Part shown: positions 1-9,807 of the stretch, piece after piece
Layout: each line of letters opens with the position of its first letter
How positions within the stretch are numbered: the first letter of the stretch is position 1
IMG/VR virus record: IMGVR_UViG_3300046170_000446
Coordinates: 32,001-96,000 of that record
Reading direction: 5' to 3' (one strand)
Source: a virus
DNA: 64,000 nucleotides
Program-made: the position numbers and the translations under genes
The notes under the pieces: generated by a model
The model's input: only the letters and a program-made list of their open reading frames with translations
What the model was told of the DNA's origin: nothing
The model's database searches: none

Positions 1-768
1 CGCACTAGAGGTTGGTTAGAGGACTCTAAAGACCTAGACGCGTGTATAGATGACTCTTTAAAGCCTCAGAGCCGAGGAGCTTTCCGCCAGTCTTACTTTA
101 TGGGGATTGACTTAGGGCTTGTGGGTGACGGTACTGCTATTGCCATAGGTCATGTGAACCATGAGGGCAAGATCGTCCTCGACCTCGTAGATCAGATTAA
201 AGCTGGCGAGGGAGCACATGAGAGCAGAGAGAGATTAGACTTTGATGATGTAGCGGATTGGATCGAGGGCTACACTAAGAAGTTTCTTATCCAAGAGGGC
301 ATCTTCGACCAATGGGCAGGTATTCCGCTAGAGCAAGCGTTAGAGAAGCGAGGGCTCAAACAGATGAAGTCGGTACACTTAACTAAGACGCTCAACTCTC
401 AAATGTACCAAAACTTTAAAGACATGATATGGGACAAGCGCATTTCCTTTTACAATGCGCCCGTTAAAGACGGGGATGAATACTGCGACTACCTGAAAGA
501 GCTTTTAGAGCTCCAGGCTGATAGGCAGAGTAAACACGTTGTGATTGTAGAAGCTCCTCAGCTAGCAGGGAAGCACGATGATCGCTCTGACGCGATAGCG
601 CGTATGATATGGTTAGCGACTCAAAAGCTAGGTAAACAAGCATATGTCTCTAAAGGCGGGAACGCTGATCCTCGTATACAAAGTGCTTTAAGGAGGAAGG
701 CTTCTTTGAGAGCGAGACGATCAGGTAGTCATTCCTCACGTATGATACCTAAGAAACGCAGGAGATGA
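1..768 (+). CDS. terL: Terminase large subunit, C-terminal RNase H-like nuclease domain (5'-truncated)
   Basis: Frame is open from base 1; YFMGIDLG...D, FDQW and KHDDRSDA acidic motifs; lies just upstream of the portal gene. Confidence 0.85.
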   Translation, partial: RTRGWLEDSKDLDACIDDSLKPQSRGAFRQSYFMGIDLGLVGDGTAIAIGHVNHEGKIVLDLVDQIKAGEGAHESRERLDFDDVADWIEGYTKKFLIQEGIFDQWAGIPLEQALEKRGLKQMKSVHLTKTLNSQMYQNFKDMIWDKRISFYNAPVKDGDEYCDYLKELLELQADRQSKHVVIVEAPQLAGKHDDRSDAIARMIWLATQKLGKQAYVSKGGNADPRIQSALRRKASLRARRSGSHSSRMIPKKRRR

Positions 769-772
769 GACA

Positions 773-1033
773 ATGGCTAAGTTAGACGCAGACTATCCTT
801 ACAGGGCTTACCACAGACACATTCAGTATATCCTCAAGCAGTACGGTAATGGGAGTAAGATTATCCATGAGCCAGCCAAGTACGAGAAGATTAATGTGGT
901 GTTTAAACGCATGGGAGGCTCATGGGAGGGTGTCTTTAAGGGCAACCCTGATGACATTACACTCCTTAAGAAGGTCATTAAGATCGCGATTAAGAAGAAA
1001 ATCTTCACACCTAATACAAAGTTGAAGCCATGA
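773..1033 (+). CDS. Hypothetical protein
   Basis: ORF packed into the head operon, good RBS (GGAG). Confidence 0.6.
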   Translation: MAKLDADYPYRAYHRHIQYILKQYGNGSKIIHEPAKYEKINVVFKRMGGSWEGVFKGNPDDITLLKKVIKIAIKKKIFTPNTKLKP

Positions 1034-1287
1034 GACGACCTCGTTCATATTTACTCAAATCTAAGTTTGATGTAGAGATTGACTCTTATATTACGAACGC
1101 TCTGAGGGAGTTATCTAGGGCAGAGGAGGCTTGCAAAGGCTTCACTAAAACCAAAGATAACGCAGGGGTGACTCGTAGAAGAGCTCAGAGGGTACAGGAA
1201 GATATACAGCGTGCTGTTAGCCTGTTAAATAGCCTAAAGACAATATACCCTCTGTATGACTTAACAGATAAAGACCTCAAGGATTAA
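1030..1287 (+). CDS. Hypothetical helical protein
   Basis: ATGA overlap with the previous ORF. Confidence 0.6.
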   Translation: MRRPRSYLLKSKFDVEIDSYITNALRELSRAEEACKGFTKTKDNAGVTRRRAQRVQEDIQRAVSLLNSLKTIYPLYDLTDKDLKD

Positions 1288-1289
1288 GC

Positions 1290-2975
1290 ATGAAAAATCA
1301 GCAGGACGCAGACGAGATTAGAAAGATCCCGAAGCGGGCGAGTGTCCATGTAGGTAAGCCTCAAAAGATCGTTAAGACGGCAATGCTGTCTAAAACGGCT
1401 TTCGGTGCGTCCTCGGTCGGCGGTTCTGCGATGGGGTCAGGCGGTAACTTCTACTCTCCTGAGCTATCTACAGACTTTCTTGAGTTACCTCAGTCATTAG
1501 ACGAACAGCGTAACTATTACCGCTTCTTCTATCGGAACGACCCGTTCGTAGGTCAAGCTATTGACCTCCACACCGAGCTCCCCTTATCTAAGCTAAGATT
1601 AGGTATGCCTAAGGCAGAGAACAGAGCTATTGCAGAGCAGGCACTCAACTTCTGTGTGCGCTGGGCTAAGCGCGTAGGACTCTTACACCGTATGATTGAA
1701 ATCGTACATGATTACCACTTGGTGGGTGAGGTCTTTACTTTCTGCGAAGACACTTCACCTGATATGCCTGAAGATATCACTTACGAGGTCAAACGCGAGC
1801 TAGATAAGAAGGGCAACCCTGTCGAGAAAAAGGTAAAGCGTGAAGACCACGTAGAGCGTGAGGTCGCGTGGCTAAAGAAAAACTATAAAGGGTGGACGGC
1901 TATACGCGTATTGCCACCTGAACAAATACACATGGAGTCGTTCCCTTTCACAGATCAGAAGCTCATACAGCTTATACCTGACTCTAAAACAAAAGATCTG
2001 ATCTCTAGAGCAGATATGGGCGACCCCTCGGCTAAAACCGTAGCTAAGACGATGCCTGAAGATGTGATCAAAGCGATCCGTAGCGGTGATAATATACCAC
2101 TCAACACTGACCCTGACGCAGGGAGCTTCGTCCACTATATGGCGAGGAAGAAATCTCAATATGAGCCGAGAGGTCACTCAATCTTAGAGCGGTGTATTCG
2201 CACGCTTGTATATAGAGACAAGCTACGACAGGCGCAAACCTCTATCGCCTCAAGGCACATGACTCCTATCAGGATTGTGTACGCTGAGGACATGGACGCA
2301 ACAGATGTTGAGGAGCTGAGAGATCAGATTGACCTCGCGCTCGCTGACCCTGATTACTCGATTGTGGCTAACTACCAAATCAACTGGGAAGAGATGGGTG
2401 CAGACTCACGTCTCCTCAATCTAGACGGAGAGTATGAACTGTCTAATCGGCAACTCTACGCAGGGTTAGGAGTGACCGAGGGCTTGTTGAGCGGTGAGTC
2501 TAGCCACAGCGGTGAGCGCATCTCCCTTGAGGTAATCAACACTCGTTATATGCTCCTCCGAGAGCTTCTACAGGATATGGTAGAAGAAAATATGCTGAAG
2601 CCGATGTGTCGTCGCATGGGCTTCATTGAGACTAGAGATGGTGAAGATCAAGTCATCTACCCAACCCTTAGCTTTACCCGCCTCGCGATTAGAGATAATC
2701 GAGACACTTTTGACGCGCTCTTTAATCTTTATCAGAAGGGCTCTCTTGATGTAGACGTAATCTTAGAGCTCCTAAACATCGACCCAGTGATGACGAGAGA
2801 GAAGCTCAAGAAAGACCTGTTCACTCTCCAAGACTCTACATTTAATGAGGTCTTGCGTAGCGTGTACGGGGATGCCGCTCGCGATGTGGCGGAAAACTCA
2901 GACGCGGCTCAACGGATTGCGGCAGAGCTGGGGCTCATCTATGAAAAGAAGGAAGAGGACACAAACCGCTTCTAA
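1290..2975 (+). CDS. Portal protein
   Basis: 561 aa; RFFYRNDPFVGQAIDLHTELPLS, RGHSILERCIRTL and YAGLGV segments typical of large-phage portals; sits between terminase and protease. Confidence 0.8.
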   Translation: MKNQQDADEIRKIPKRASVHVGKPQKIVKTAMLSKTAFGASSVGGSAMGSGGNFYSPELSTDFLELPQSLDEQRNYYRFFYRNDPFVGQAIDLHTELPLSKLRLGMPKAENRAIAEQALNFCVRWAKRVGLLHRMIEIVHDYHLVGEVFTFCEDTSPDMPEDITYEVKRELDKKGNPVEKKVKREDHVEREVAWLKKNYKGWTAIRVLPPEQIHMESFPFTDQKLIQLIPDSKTKDLISRADMGDPSAKTVAKTMPEDVIKAIRSGDNIPLNTDPDAGSFVHYMARKKSQYEPRGHSILERCIRTLVYRDKLRQAQTSIASRHMTPIRIVYAEDMDATDVEELRDQIDLALADPDYSIVANYQINWEEMGADSRLLNLDGEYELSNRQLYAGLGVTEGLLSGESSHSGERISLEVINTRYMLLRELLQDMVEENMLKPMCRRMGFIETRDGEDQVIYPTLSFTRLAIRDNRDTFDALFNLYQKGSLDVDVILELLNIDPVMTREKLKKDLFTLQDSTFNEVLRSVYGDAARDVAENSDAAQRIAAELGLIYEKKEEDTNRF

Positions 2976-3062
2976 CATGATTGACATAAGATTAAACCCT
3001 TTCTAAGATTAGTGTCGGCATTTGCCACTACACACATACACAACACAGAAAGGGTTTGACTC

Positions 3063-3380
3063 ATGTCAAAACTCAAAGGTGATCTTTTAAAGTCTACATC
3101 AGGTAGGACTCCATACGAGGTTCGTCTCGAAGTTCTCCGCTTGGCTCAACACATTGCCGAAGATAAAGCTGAACGGCAGTTACAATACCTCCACACGCAA
3201 AACGACATCGCCCATAACTTTCTTCACCGAGACTATGAAGAGGGAGTTACGAGTGACAGAGCACAAGAGCTTGTCCAAACAGCTAAGGCGAACATTGACC
3301 AAATGTCTATGCCACAAATGGGCGTCGAAGAAGTCTTGAAAATCGCCAAGAAACTGAATAAGTTTATCTCAGAGGGATGA
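3063..3380 (+). CDS. Conserved phage hypothetical protein (TPYEVRLEVL motif)
   Basis: TPYExRLE-type N-terminus recalled from large myoviruses; RBS present. Confidence 0.6.
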   Translation: MSKLKGDLLKSTSGRTPYEVRLEVLRLAQHIAEDKAERQLQYLHTQNDIAHNFLHRDYEEGVTSDRAQELVQTAKANIDQMSMPQMGVEEVLKIAKKLNKFISEG

Positions 3381-3395
3381 ACATTAGAGGGTGAT

Positions 3396-3451
3396 CTCTC
3401 CTGCTCGCTTAACCTTGTATAAAATACACAGAGGTAAAGTGAGCAGGAGAG
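3396..3451 (+). promoter_or_regulatory. Hairpin that sequesters the RBS of the 3461 gene
   Basis: CTCTCCTGCTCGCTT pairs with AAGTGAGCAGGAGAG, which contains the SD; TGTATAAAATACA lies in the loop. Confidence 0.55.
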
Positions 3452-3460
3452 TATTATCTT

Positions 3461-5239
3461 ATGAAGCCATACGAGTTTACAGGGGAACTCTACCCCATAA
3501 TGTCTCCCAAGTTTAATCTCAGAGAGATATGTAAGCAGATCGTCTTATTAGAAGACCACCTCAATCAAGTTAAGAAGAGGTGTCCTGACTGCATAAGAAA
3601 ACACCTCCTCACGATAGAAGGGCTCTTTGAAGAGGCGATCAGTTTAGATACTGAGGGTACACTCGCTAAGCAGATAGAGCGAGCGCCTGATTACTTTAGA
3701 TACCTACAAGAGCGTTGGGTGGACGGGGCTGACGAGCGCAAGATTGCTCAAGCGATCCGTAAGATTAGGAAAGGGCTCTCCCCCCTATGCTTCGACATGA
3801 GGAAGACAGCCAGCTCATACGAGCCCCCTCTCAATCAAGTCTTACTCAAGCAAGCGAGCAGAAACCTGGAGAGGTTTGTAGGCGCTAGCCCTTCAAGAGT
3901 CGCTCTCAGGTTTATCGTAGCGTCTAAGACAGAAGCCGAGAAAGAGGACAAAGAAATCGGCACGAAGGTTCGTAAAGAGCCCCGTAAGCTCCCTCCTCAC
4001 GTAGGCACACGTAGCAAGTACATTGGTAAAGACGTAGACTCTCGCGACCCTGACATGGAAGGAGTAGGCAAGAGTGAAGGAGGTGACCCTGACCTTTTCC
4101 GCAAAAGAAAAGCAGGGCAGAGACGTAAAAAAAAGATAATCACTCGCTTCCCCAACCAATTCTATAAAGACTTAGCTGACGTTAAGGTTAAAAACCCTAA
4201 TACTAAGCGCGAAGTGCTCTTATCTTCCCTTAAGCCTAAAGAGGATGCTAAACATCAAAAGATTGTCCAGCGATATTACGAGAAGTGGAAAGCTGAGAGG
4301 AAAAAGAAGAAGCGAGAGACTAACGTAGACCTCTCTAGAGGTATAGGTGTGGCTTTTGGTGATGTCAGGGCTATGTCTAAAGAGAACAGAGAGAAAGCCT
4401 ACGACAACGCGCACGACTTATTTGTAAAGAAGAAAAGCACTACAGGCGGGGCGCTGATGAAGAAGGTTGCTCTCTTAGGAGTAGCTCAGATTGTAGAGGG
4501 CGACAAAGAGACAGAGTTTACAGTCGCAGACGGTGCGATTAAGAGGCTCATCGCTAATGCAGAGAAAAAGGGCAAAACGCGAAGAGAGAGAGGGCTCGCT
4601 GTTAAGCAAGCAACACAGCTCTATACGAACCCTTTATCAGAAGAGTCCCGCCAGGCGATGATTGCGAGTATGGACGGGATGTCTATAAGCGAGATTACAG
4701 GGCTGACAGACTCAAAAGCCGTAGGCGACATTGAGGATATGATAAAGGATTTCGACCAAGAAGACCCTTACGGTCGGAATAATCTTAAGCTCACTAATGA
4801 GCAAAGGAAGATTAATAAGAAAGACCATGAAGACGCTCGCAACAGGATGATTGACATTCTGAAGAAAGCCGCCGCCTCAGGGATGCTCGAAGAGTGTTTA
4901 AAGGTTTACAATGAGATGGAAAAAATCATGCAGGGGAAGAAGACTACTGGAAAGGGAAGCACTAAGTCGAAGTCTCAAAGCTCCTCTCCGTCTTCGAGTA
5001 AACCAGCAAAGTCTAAAAGTAAAACTTTAACGAAGTCTAAGATTAAGCCTCTAACAAGGTCGCAACTTAAAGACTTTAAGAGTATACAATTGAAGATGCT
5101 TGAGGAGCTCAAAGAAAAAGCAACATGGCTATCTTCTGAGCAAAGACGAGCTTTAAACAAGGCTCTTCGTGAAAGAGAGCCGAAACTCTTTTACGACTCA
5201 CACCCAAGCGCCGAAGAGGTATTAGCAGAGAGAAAATGA
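3461..5239 (+). CDS. Basic putative internal head protein
   Basis: 592 aa, Lys-rich; CPDC motif near the N-terminus; several K/R-x-A-S sites; in the head operon. Confidence 0.55.
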   Translation: MKPYEFTGELYPIMSPKFNLREICKQIVLLEDHLNQVKKRCPDCIRKHLLTIEGLFEEAISLDTEGTLAKQIERAPDYFRYLQERWVDGADERKIAQAIRKIRKGLSPLCFDMRKTASSYEPPLNQVLLKQASRNLERFVGASPSRVALRFIVASKTEAEKEDKEIGTKVRKEPRKLPPHVGTRSKYIGKDVDSRDPDMEGVGKSEGGDPDLFRKRKAGQRRKKKIITRFPNQFYKDLADVKVKNPNTKREVLLSSLKPKEDAKHQKIVQRYYEKWKAERKKKKRETNVDLSRGIGVAFGDVRAMSKENREKAYDNAHDLFVKKKSTTGGALMKKVALLGVAQIVEGDKETEFTVADGAIKRLIANAEKKGKTRRERGLAVKQATQLYTNPLSEESRQAMIASMDGMSISEITGLTDSKAVGDIEDMIKDFDQEDPYGRNNLKLTNEQRKINKKDHEDARNRMIDILKKAAASGMLEECLKVYNEMEKIMQGKKTTGKGSTKSKSQSSSPSSSKPAKSKSKTLTKSKIKPLTRSQLKDFKSIQLKMLEELKEKATWLSSEQRRALNKALREREPKLFYDSHPSAEEVLAERK

Positions 5240-5304
5240 AGTCTCGTTTTATCTTCTATTAAAGCCCCTTTTAGTAAAACACCATTCCCACAGGAGTAAT
5301 CCCT

Positions 5305-6165
5305 ATGTCTAGGATCATCACCGCGTCACAAAGAAACAAGATCGCATCGACTCTCGACCACATTGCAGAGATTTTCGAGAAGAGTGCTTCTCAGCTCGGC
5401 ATCCCTCAGAGCGTTGGTACTGATTTCGCTTACCGTTGCGACCTCCTCTCAGACGCTATTGAGAAGAACGCAAGCAAGAACACCACCATGACTGAAGCAC
5501 GTAGATTTGACCCTTCACAGGTCGGTCAGCGCACTCAAGGCCCTCTTCGCATGGACGACGAGGACACTTACCTCAGCAATGAGTTTACAGGTGAGGAGTT
5601 CTCAGCTCTCTCAGACATGATTGAGCATGGTCACAACTTCCATGAGGTTTCTCTCCTTGAGGGTGAGACTGAGGAAGAGGATAACTTCCTCGTAGACGAG
5701 AAAGCACTCTCTAAGATGGCTTTTGATCTCTTTGCCTCTGACGAAGACGAAGAGGATGAGGATGAGGACGAAGAGGATGAGGGCGAGGATGAGGACGAGG
5801 ACGAAGAGGATGAGGGCGAGGATGAGGACGAGGATGAGGACGAGGATGAGGATGAGGACGAGAAGACTCAAAAGAAAGCTCGCCTGATCCTCGCGGCACT
5901 TAATCTTATCGCCTCTGAAGAGGACGACGAAGATGAGGACGAGGATGAGGACGACGAAGATGAAGACGACGAGGATGAAGACGACGAGGATGAAGACGAC
6001 GATGGTAAATCTGCCGTCCAGCACCTCAAGCCTGCTCACCGCCGAAAGCTCAGCCAGTCTGCGAAGAAAGCTCACAGAAGCACTCGTAAGAAGCAAACAC
6101 AGTCTACGCGCACTCAGCAGAACAAAGCCCGTAAGCGTTCACGCTCTCGCGGAGCAAACGTCTAA
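5305..6165 (+). CDS. Acidic/basic prohead core or scaffold-like protein
   Basis: Two poly-D/E tracts and an Arg/Lys-rich C-tail separated by xxAS sites; upstream of the protease. Confidence 0.55.
   Translation: MSRIITASQRNKIASTLDHIAEIFEKSASQLGIPQSVGTDFAYRCDLLSDAIEKNASKNTTMTEARRFDPSQVGQRTQGPLRMDDEDTYLSNEFTGEEFSALSDMIEHGHNFHEVSLLEGETEEEDNFLVDEKALSKMAFDLFASDEDEEDEDEDEEDEGEDEDEDEEDEGEDEDEDEDEDEDEDEKTQKKARLILAALNLIASEEDDEDEDEDEDDEDEDDEDEDDEDEDDDGKSAVQHLKPAHRRKLSQSAKKAHRSTRKKQTQSTRTQQNKARKRSRSRGANV
5740..6003 (+). repeat. GAG/GAT/GAC low-complexity repeats encoding poly-Asp/Glu
   Basis: Seen directly (GAGGATGAGGAC units). Confidence 0.9.
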
Positions 6166-6188
6166 TATTAAGGCGCTAAGGTAAGATT

Positions 6189-6512
6189 ATGAGAAAGCAC
6201 AGCCACTATACAAACTATCAGCAGTCTGCTCTCCGCTTCTCAGTAGGAGATACCGTCAGACCCAGCGTTAACGGTATATCAGACAACGCTATATACGGTG
6301 AGGTAGTTGCTGTCTTTCCCGCTATCGGTATGGTTGACGTACAGTATACAGAAGGTGTGAAAAGACACCCTGTAGAAGACGTAGCACATACTGATAAGAG
6401 GCCACTCGGATTAGATGACACCCCCGCTGGCGGTCAAGGTGTCTCTTTACCGAACAGCTCATTAGTAAGAAAAGTGGCTTCTCGATATTTGCGTATACTC
6501 GCTGAGAAGTAA
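6189..6512 (+). CDS. Small SH3-like beta protein with a C-terminal RKVASRYL motif
   Basis: FSVGDTV...GEVVAV...VDVQY pattern. Confidence 0.55.
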   Translation: MRKHSHYTNYQQSALRFSVGDTVRPSVNGISDNAIYGEVVAVFPAIGMVDVQYTEGVKRHPVEDVAHTDKRPLGLDDTPAGGQGVSLPNSSLVRKVASRYLRILAEK

Positions 6513-6527
6513 GAGGCGGTAATAGAT

Positions 6528-8063
6528 ATGGCATTTCTTAAATACGCACGCGCTCAGATTGTGAAGCCCCACGTTGAGGGCTTACATTGGCGTAAGGTTA
6601 TTACTGCCTCTGATAGAGGTATGAGGAATGTCACGGAGCAGGCTTCCAAAGTTTTGGGAGAGTCCTTCGACCCCTCAAAATATCTACTTACGCACGCCAC
6701 TATTATGGCGAGTGTTCAAGTAGAAGAAGTCCCTAACGCAGACCTGGGTAAGATTACCCACGAAGGTAAAACAATACACCGCAAGTATAGTGATTACCGC
6801 ATCTCTGCTGACACGGACAAATATATCAATAACAACTTAGACGCGTGGTCTAAGGAAGCCCTGCTTAAGTCTTACAAGACCTTTATCGGCGCACACAACT
6901 TTGTGGAGCACGTTCAAATAGAGGACTTGAGTAAGGGGCGCATTATAGATGCTGTGCCGAGAGATATCGGAGACAGCATTTATATTGATATTCTTGTCGC
7001 TACCAACCGCAAACATAAAGACCTCATCGAGTCAATAGAGTCAGGTAAGATGTCAGGTATGAGCATGGGTTGCTCAGTTGATTTTACGATATGTTCTTAC
7101 TGCGGTAATGTTGCCTCTGATGAGACTCAGATGTGTGAGCACATCAAGTATCAAAAGGGGAACGTCTTTTACGATGAGAAGGGCGGTCAGCACCGTATAG
7201 CTGAACTATGTGGACACAAGACGATTGACCCTACAGGAGCGGTTAACTTTGTAGAGGCTTCATGGGTTGCTGTCCCTGCTTTTAGAGGAGCGGTTGCTCG
7301 TAATATATTGTCATGGAGTAAAGAAGAAGAGACAGCGCCTCTAAACGCTGTACCTGAGGAATGGGGGGGCGAGGCTACTGATAGTAAGCCAGTGCTCTCT
7401 AGCCTCCCTACAGGAGAAGATACTCCACTCTTAGCAAAGGTAGCCTTCTTAAAAGAGGCTGGTCTTTGGGATGATGTTGAAGACGCGCTCGAAGAAGAAG
7501 AAGAGTCAGAAGACGGCGAAGACTCTGACGATAGCGACGGAGAGTCAGAAGACGGCGAAGACTCTGACGATAGCGACGGAGAGTCCTCTGATAAAAAGAA
7601 GGGTAAGAAAAACAAGAAGGAAGACCCTACTAAGAAACTCAAAGACCTAGAGAATGATGTCTACGATGAGGTTGTCGGTCGAGTTAAAAACCGCATTAAG
7701 ATCGACCTTAATAAAATGGAGACACCTAAAGGATTAGGCCCTGAAGACAGCACTACCCATATGAATGATACGATCATTAAAGAAGGTAGTGTAAGCAAGC
7801 TCGCCTACGTATCAGCAGTTGAGATGATCAGTAAAACAGCTTCCGACAATCGAGAGATGGTGAGTCTCTTAGAAGATTACAATAAAAAAGTTGGGGTTAA
7901 TATTGAACAATCTCTCTATATGACCGCCTTAAAATTAGGCTCAGATACTAACTATGAGTCGTTAGGCGCTTTTCACAAGTCAGCTTCCTTTTTTCTTGGG
8001 ACTGACCCTAGCCCAACACAGTTAAGAGTCCTTATACGGCTCAGCAAACTACTCAGACATTAA
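6528..8063 (+). CDS. Prohead maturation protease with Zn-ribbon insert and acidic C-terminal extension
   Basis: NFVEH, GRIIDA, MSMGC...CSYCG...CEH...CG and FVEASWVAVPAF motifs of the HK97/herpes-assemblin-like prohead protease family; position between portal and capsid. Confidence 0.8.
   Translation: MAFLKYARAQIVKPHVEGLHWRKVITASDRGMRNVTEQASKVLGESFDPSKYLLTHATIMASVQVEEVPNADLGKITHEGKTIHRKYSDYRISADTDKYINNNLDAWSKEALLKSYKTFIGAHNFVEHVQIEDLSKGRIIDAVPRDIGDSIYIDILVATNRKHKDLIESIESGKMSGMSMGCSVDFTICSYCGNVASDETQMCEHIKYQKGNVFYDEKGGQHRIAELCGHKTIDPTGAVNFVEASWVAVPAFRGAVARNILSWSKEEETAPLNAVPEEWGGEATDSKPVLSSLPTGEDTPLLAKVAFLKEAGLWDDVEDALEEEEESEDGEDSDDSDGESEDGEDSDDSDGESSDKKKGKKNKKEDPTKKLKDLENDVYDEVVGRVKNRIKIDLNKMETPKGLGPEDSTTHMNDTIIKEGSVSKLAYVSAVEMISKTASDNREMVSLLEDYNKKVGVNIEQSLYMTALKLGSDTNYESLGAFHKSASFFLGTDPSPTQLRVLIRLSKLLRH
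7502..7585 (+). repeat. 39-bp tandem duplication (ESEDGEDSDDSDG x2) in the protease linker
   Basis: AGAGTCAGAAGACGGCGAAGACTCTGACGATAGCGACGG repeated. Confidence 0.9.
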
Positions 8064-8075
8064 GGAGACACTAAT

Positions 8076-9710
8076 ATGTCTAGGAACCGATTGACTTGGC
8101 GAAGTGCTTCAGCACACCCTGCCACTCCTTGGGAGGGTCACACCCACCCTGCATCTTACGAAGACCCTGTAGAGGATGCTTACGGGATCGACTCTGACTT
8201 TGGCGCAGAGGTAACCGAAGGCCCTTACAGCAACGGTATGCCTCCTGCTTCACAGGGTTGGGTTTCTGACCACCCTGCGTCACGTCGCCACCTTGAGCGT
8301 AAGGCTTCGCGCTGTATTCAAATCGCACAATCAATGCTCGGTAAGACTGCAAGCGCCCTTGAGATTGAAGACCAAGCTCTCGCACTTATGGACTTGAGCG
8401 ACGGTGAGGTTAACCGTACTCTGTCTCGCGTAGCTTCTTCTTTCATGGTCGCTGAGGACATGGAGGATGACGTTGAGGCTGGAATGTTCGCTGAGGACAT
8501 GGAGGCTCACGATCTCTTCGACGCGTATGACGTTGAGGGAAACGGCATGATTAGCCGTAACGAGTTTGGTGGCTCTGATGATGTCTTCGACGCAATCGAC
8601 CTCGATAATGACGAGATGCTCTCACCTTACGAGGTAAGCCAAGGTCTTGGTCAAGGTTTCTCAAGAGAAGACGACCTCTCTAACGTAGAGAATGAGCTCG
8701 ACTACCTTGAGGATGAGGTCGAGGCTCTTGAGGATGAGCTCGGTATTACTGCGGAAGATATCGAAGCTGACCGCAAATGGGGTATGAAAGGCCCTCGCGG
8801 TAAGTACAAAGGTGGCAAAGGCTACTTCTCCGCTCCTAAAGCTCGCAAAGGCATTAAGCAACCTCTTAAGCCTTGGGTTCGCGGTGGCGCAAACAAAGCT
8901 ATGAAGCAGTACAACCGCCAATACGGTGCTACCTACCTTGATGATAGCGGTCAGCGTAAGACTAAGGGTCGTAAGAAGCTCAGAAGAAACAAGAAGGCTT
9001 CTGAAGAGCTGGCTACTTACATGGATCTTCCTCAGAACCACGCGCACGCTTTCTACTCAGACGATGAGTCTAACAACTTCGAGATAACCGCAAGTGATAT
9101 CGAGGCTGAGCTCGCTTCTATCGCAGACGAGATCGAGGCTTGTGAAGCAGAGATGCAAATGGCAAACGAGATTGAGGCTTGCGGTATGTATGCTGAGGAC
9201 ACTGAGGCTATGCACACGGCTGAGGACATCGAGGCTGACCTTTTCGCTGAGGATGTTGATGCTATGCACTGCGCTGACGACGACGACGACGACGACAGCG
9301 ACGTTGAGGCTATGCTCGCAGAGATGCTTGCTGAGCTAGACGGAGACACTGAGGCTTGTACTGCTGAGGATACTGAGGCTATGCAGATGGCTGAGGACAC
9401 CGACCTTAACGCATCTCTTGAGCCCCACGCAGATGACAACATGGGACTCAACGCTGGCGATATGGAAGCTGACGAAACTCTCGCGGCTCTCTTCAAAGCG
9501 GCATCTGACGATGATGACGAAGACGAAGACGAGACTCAAGACGAGGACGAGTCTGAGGGTACTTCTAAGAAAGCATCTCTCAAGCCACAAGGTCGCAAGT
9601 CTAGCGAGGGCGTTAAGTCACTCGGCGCGATCAACAAAGAGGCTTCAAGCGAGGTTAATGATCTCGCTAAACTTTGGGAGTCTGCACCTGACGTAAAGGC
9701 TTTCTTCTGA
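8076..9710 (+). CDS. Capsid scaffolding protein with an EF-hand pair and a basic internal peptide
   Basis: Very acidic; many xxAED/xxAS repeats; C-terminal LWESAPDVKAFF; lies between protease and capsid genes. Confidence 0.7.
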   Translation: MSRNRLTWRSASAHPATPWEGHTHPASYEDPVEDAYGIDSDFGAEVTEGPYSNGMPPASQGWVSDHPASRRHLERKASRCIQIAQSMLGKTASALEIEDQALALMDLSDGEVNRTLSRVASSFMVAEDMEDDVEAGMFAEDMEAHDLFDAYDVEGNGMISRNEFGGSDDVFDAIDLDNDEMLSPYEVSQGLGQGFSREDDLSNVENELDYLEDEVEALEDELGITAEDIEADRKWGMKGPRGKYKGGKGYFSAPKARKGIKQPLKPWVRGGANKAMKQYNRQYGATYLDDSGQRKTKGRKKLRRNKKASEELATYMDLPQNHAHAFYSDDESNNFEITASDIEAELASIADEIEACEAEMQMANEIEACGMYAEDTEAMHTAEDIEADLFAEDVDAMHCADDDDDDDSDVEAMLAEMLAELDGDTEACTAEDTEAMQMAEDTDLNASLEPHADDNMGLNAGDMEADETLAALFKAASDDDDEDEDETQDEDESEGTSKKASLKPQGRKSSEGVKSLGAINKEASSEVNDLAKLWESAPDVKAFF

Positions 9711-9754
9711 GATTAGCCTGACAGTGCGCACCTAACCTTATAACGGTTAGGCTC

Positions 9755-9807
9755 GAAAAAAGGTGAGGGCTCAGGGACTTAGTTTCCCTGAGCCCTCACC
9801 TTTTTTC
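9755..9807. terminator. Perfect 23-bp inverted repeat, bidirectional intrinsic terminator or RNA stability element
   Basis: GAAAAAAGGTGAGGGCTCAGGGA-cttagtt-TCCCTGAGCCCTCACCTTTTTTC. Confidence 0.8.

Noticed and set aside
5611-9696. Antisense and alternate-frame ORFs (poly-ILV, PHPR, poly-Ser) over the acidic genes
   Set aside because: Shadows of GAG/GAC/GAT low-complexity coding; no RBS or independent support.
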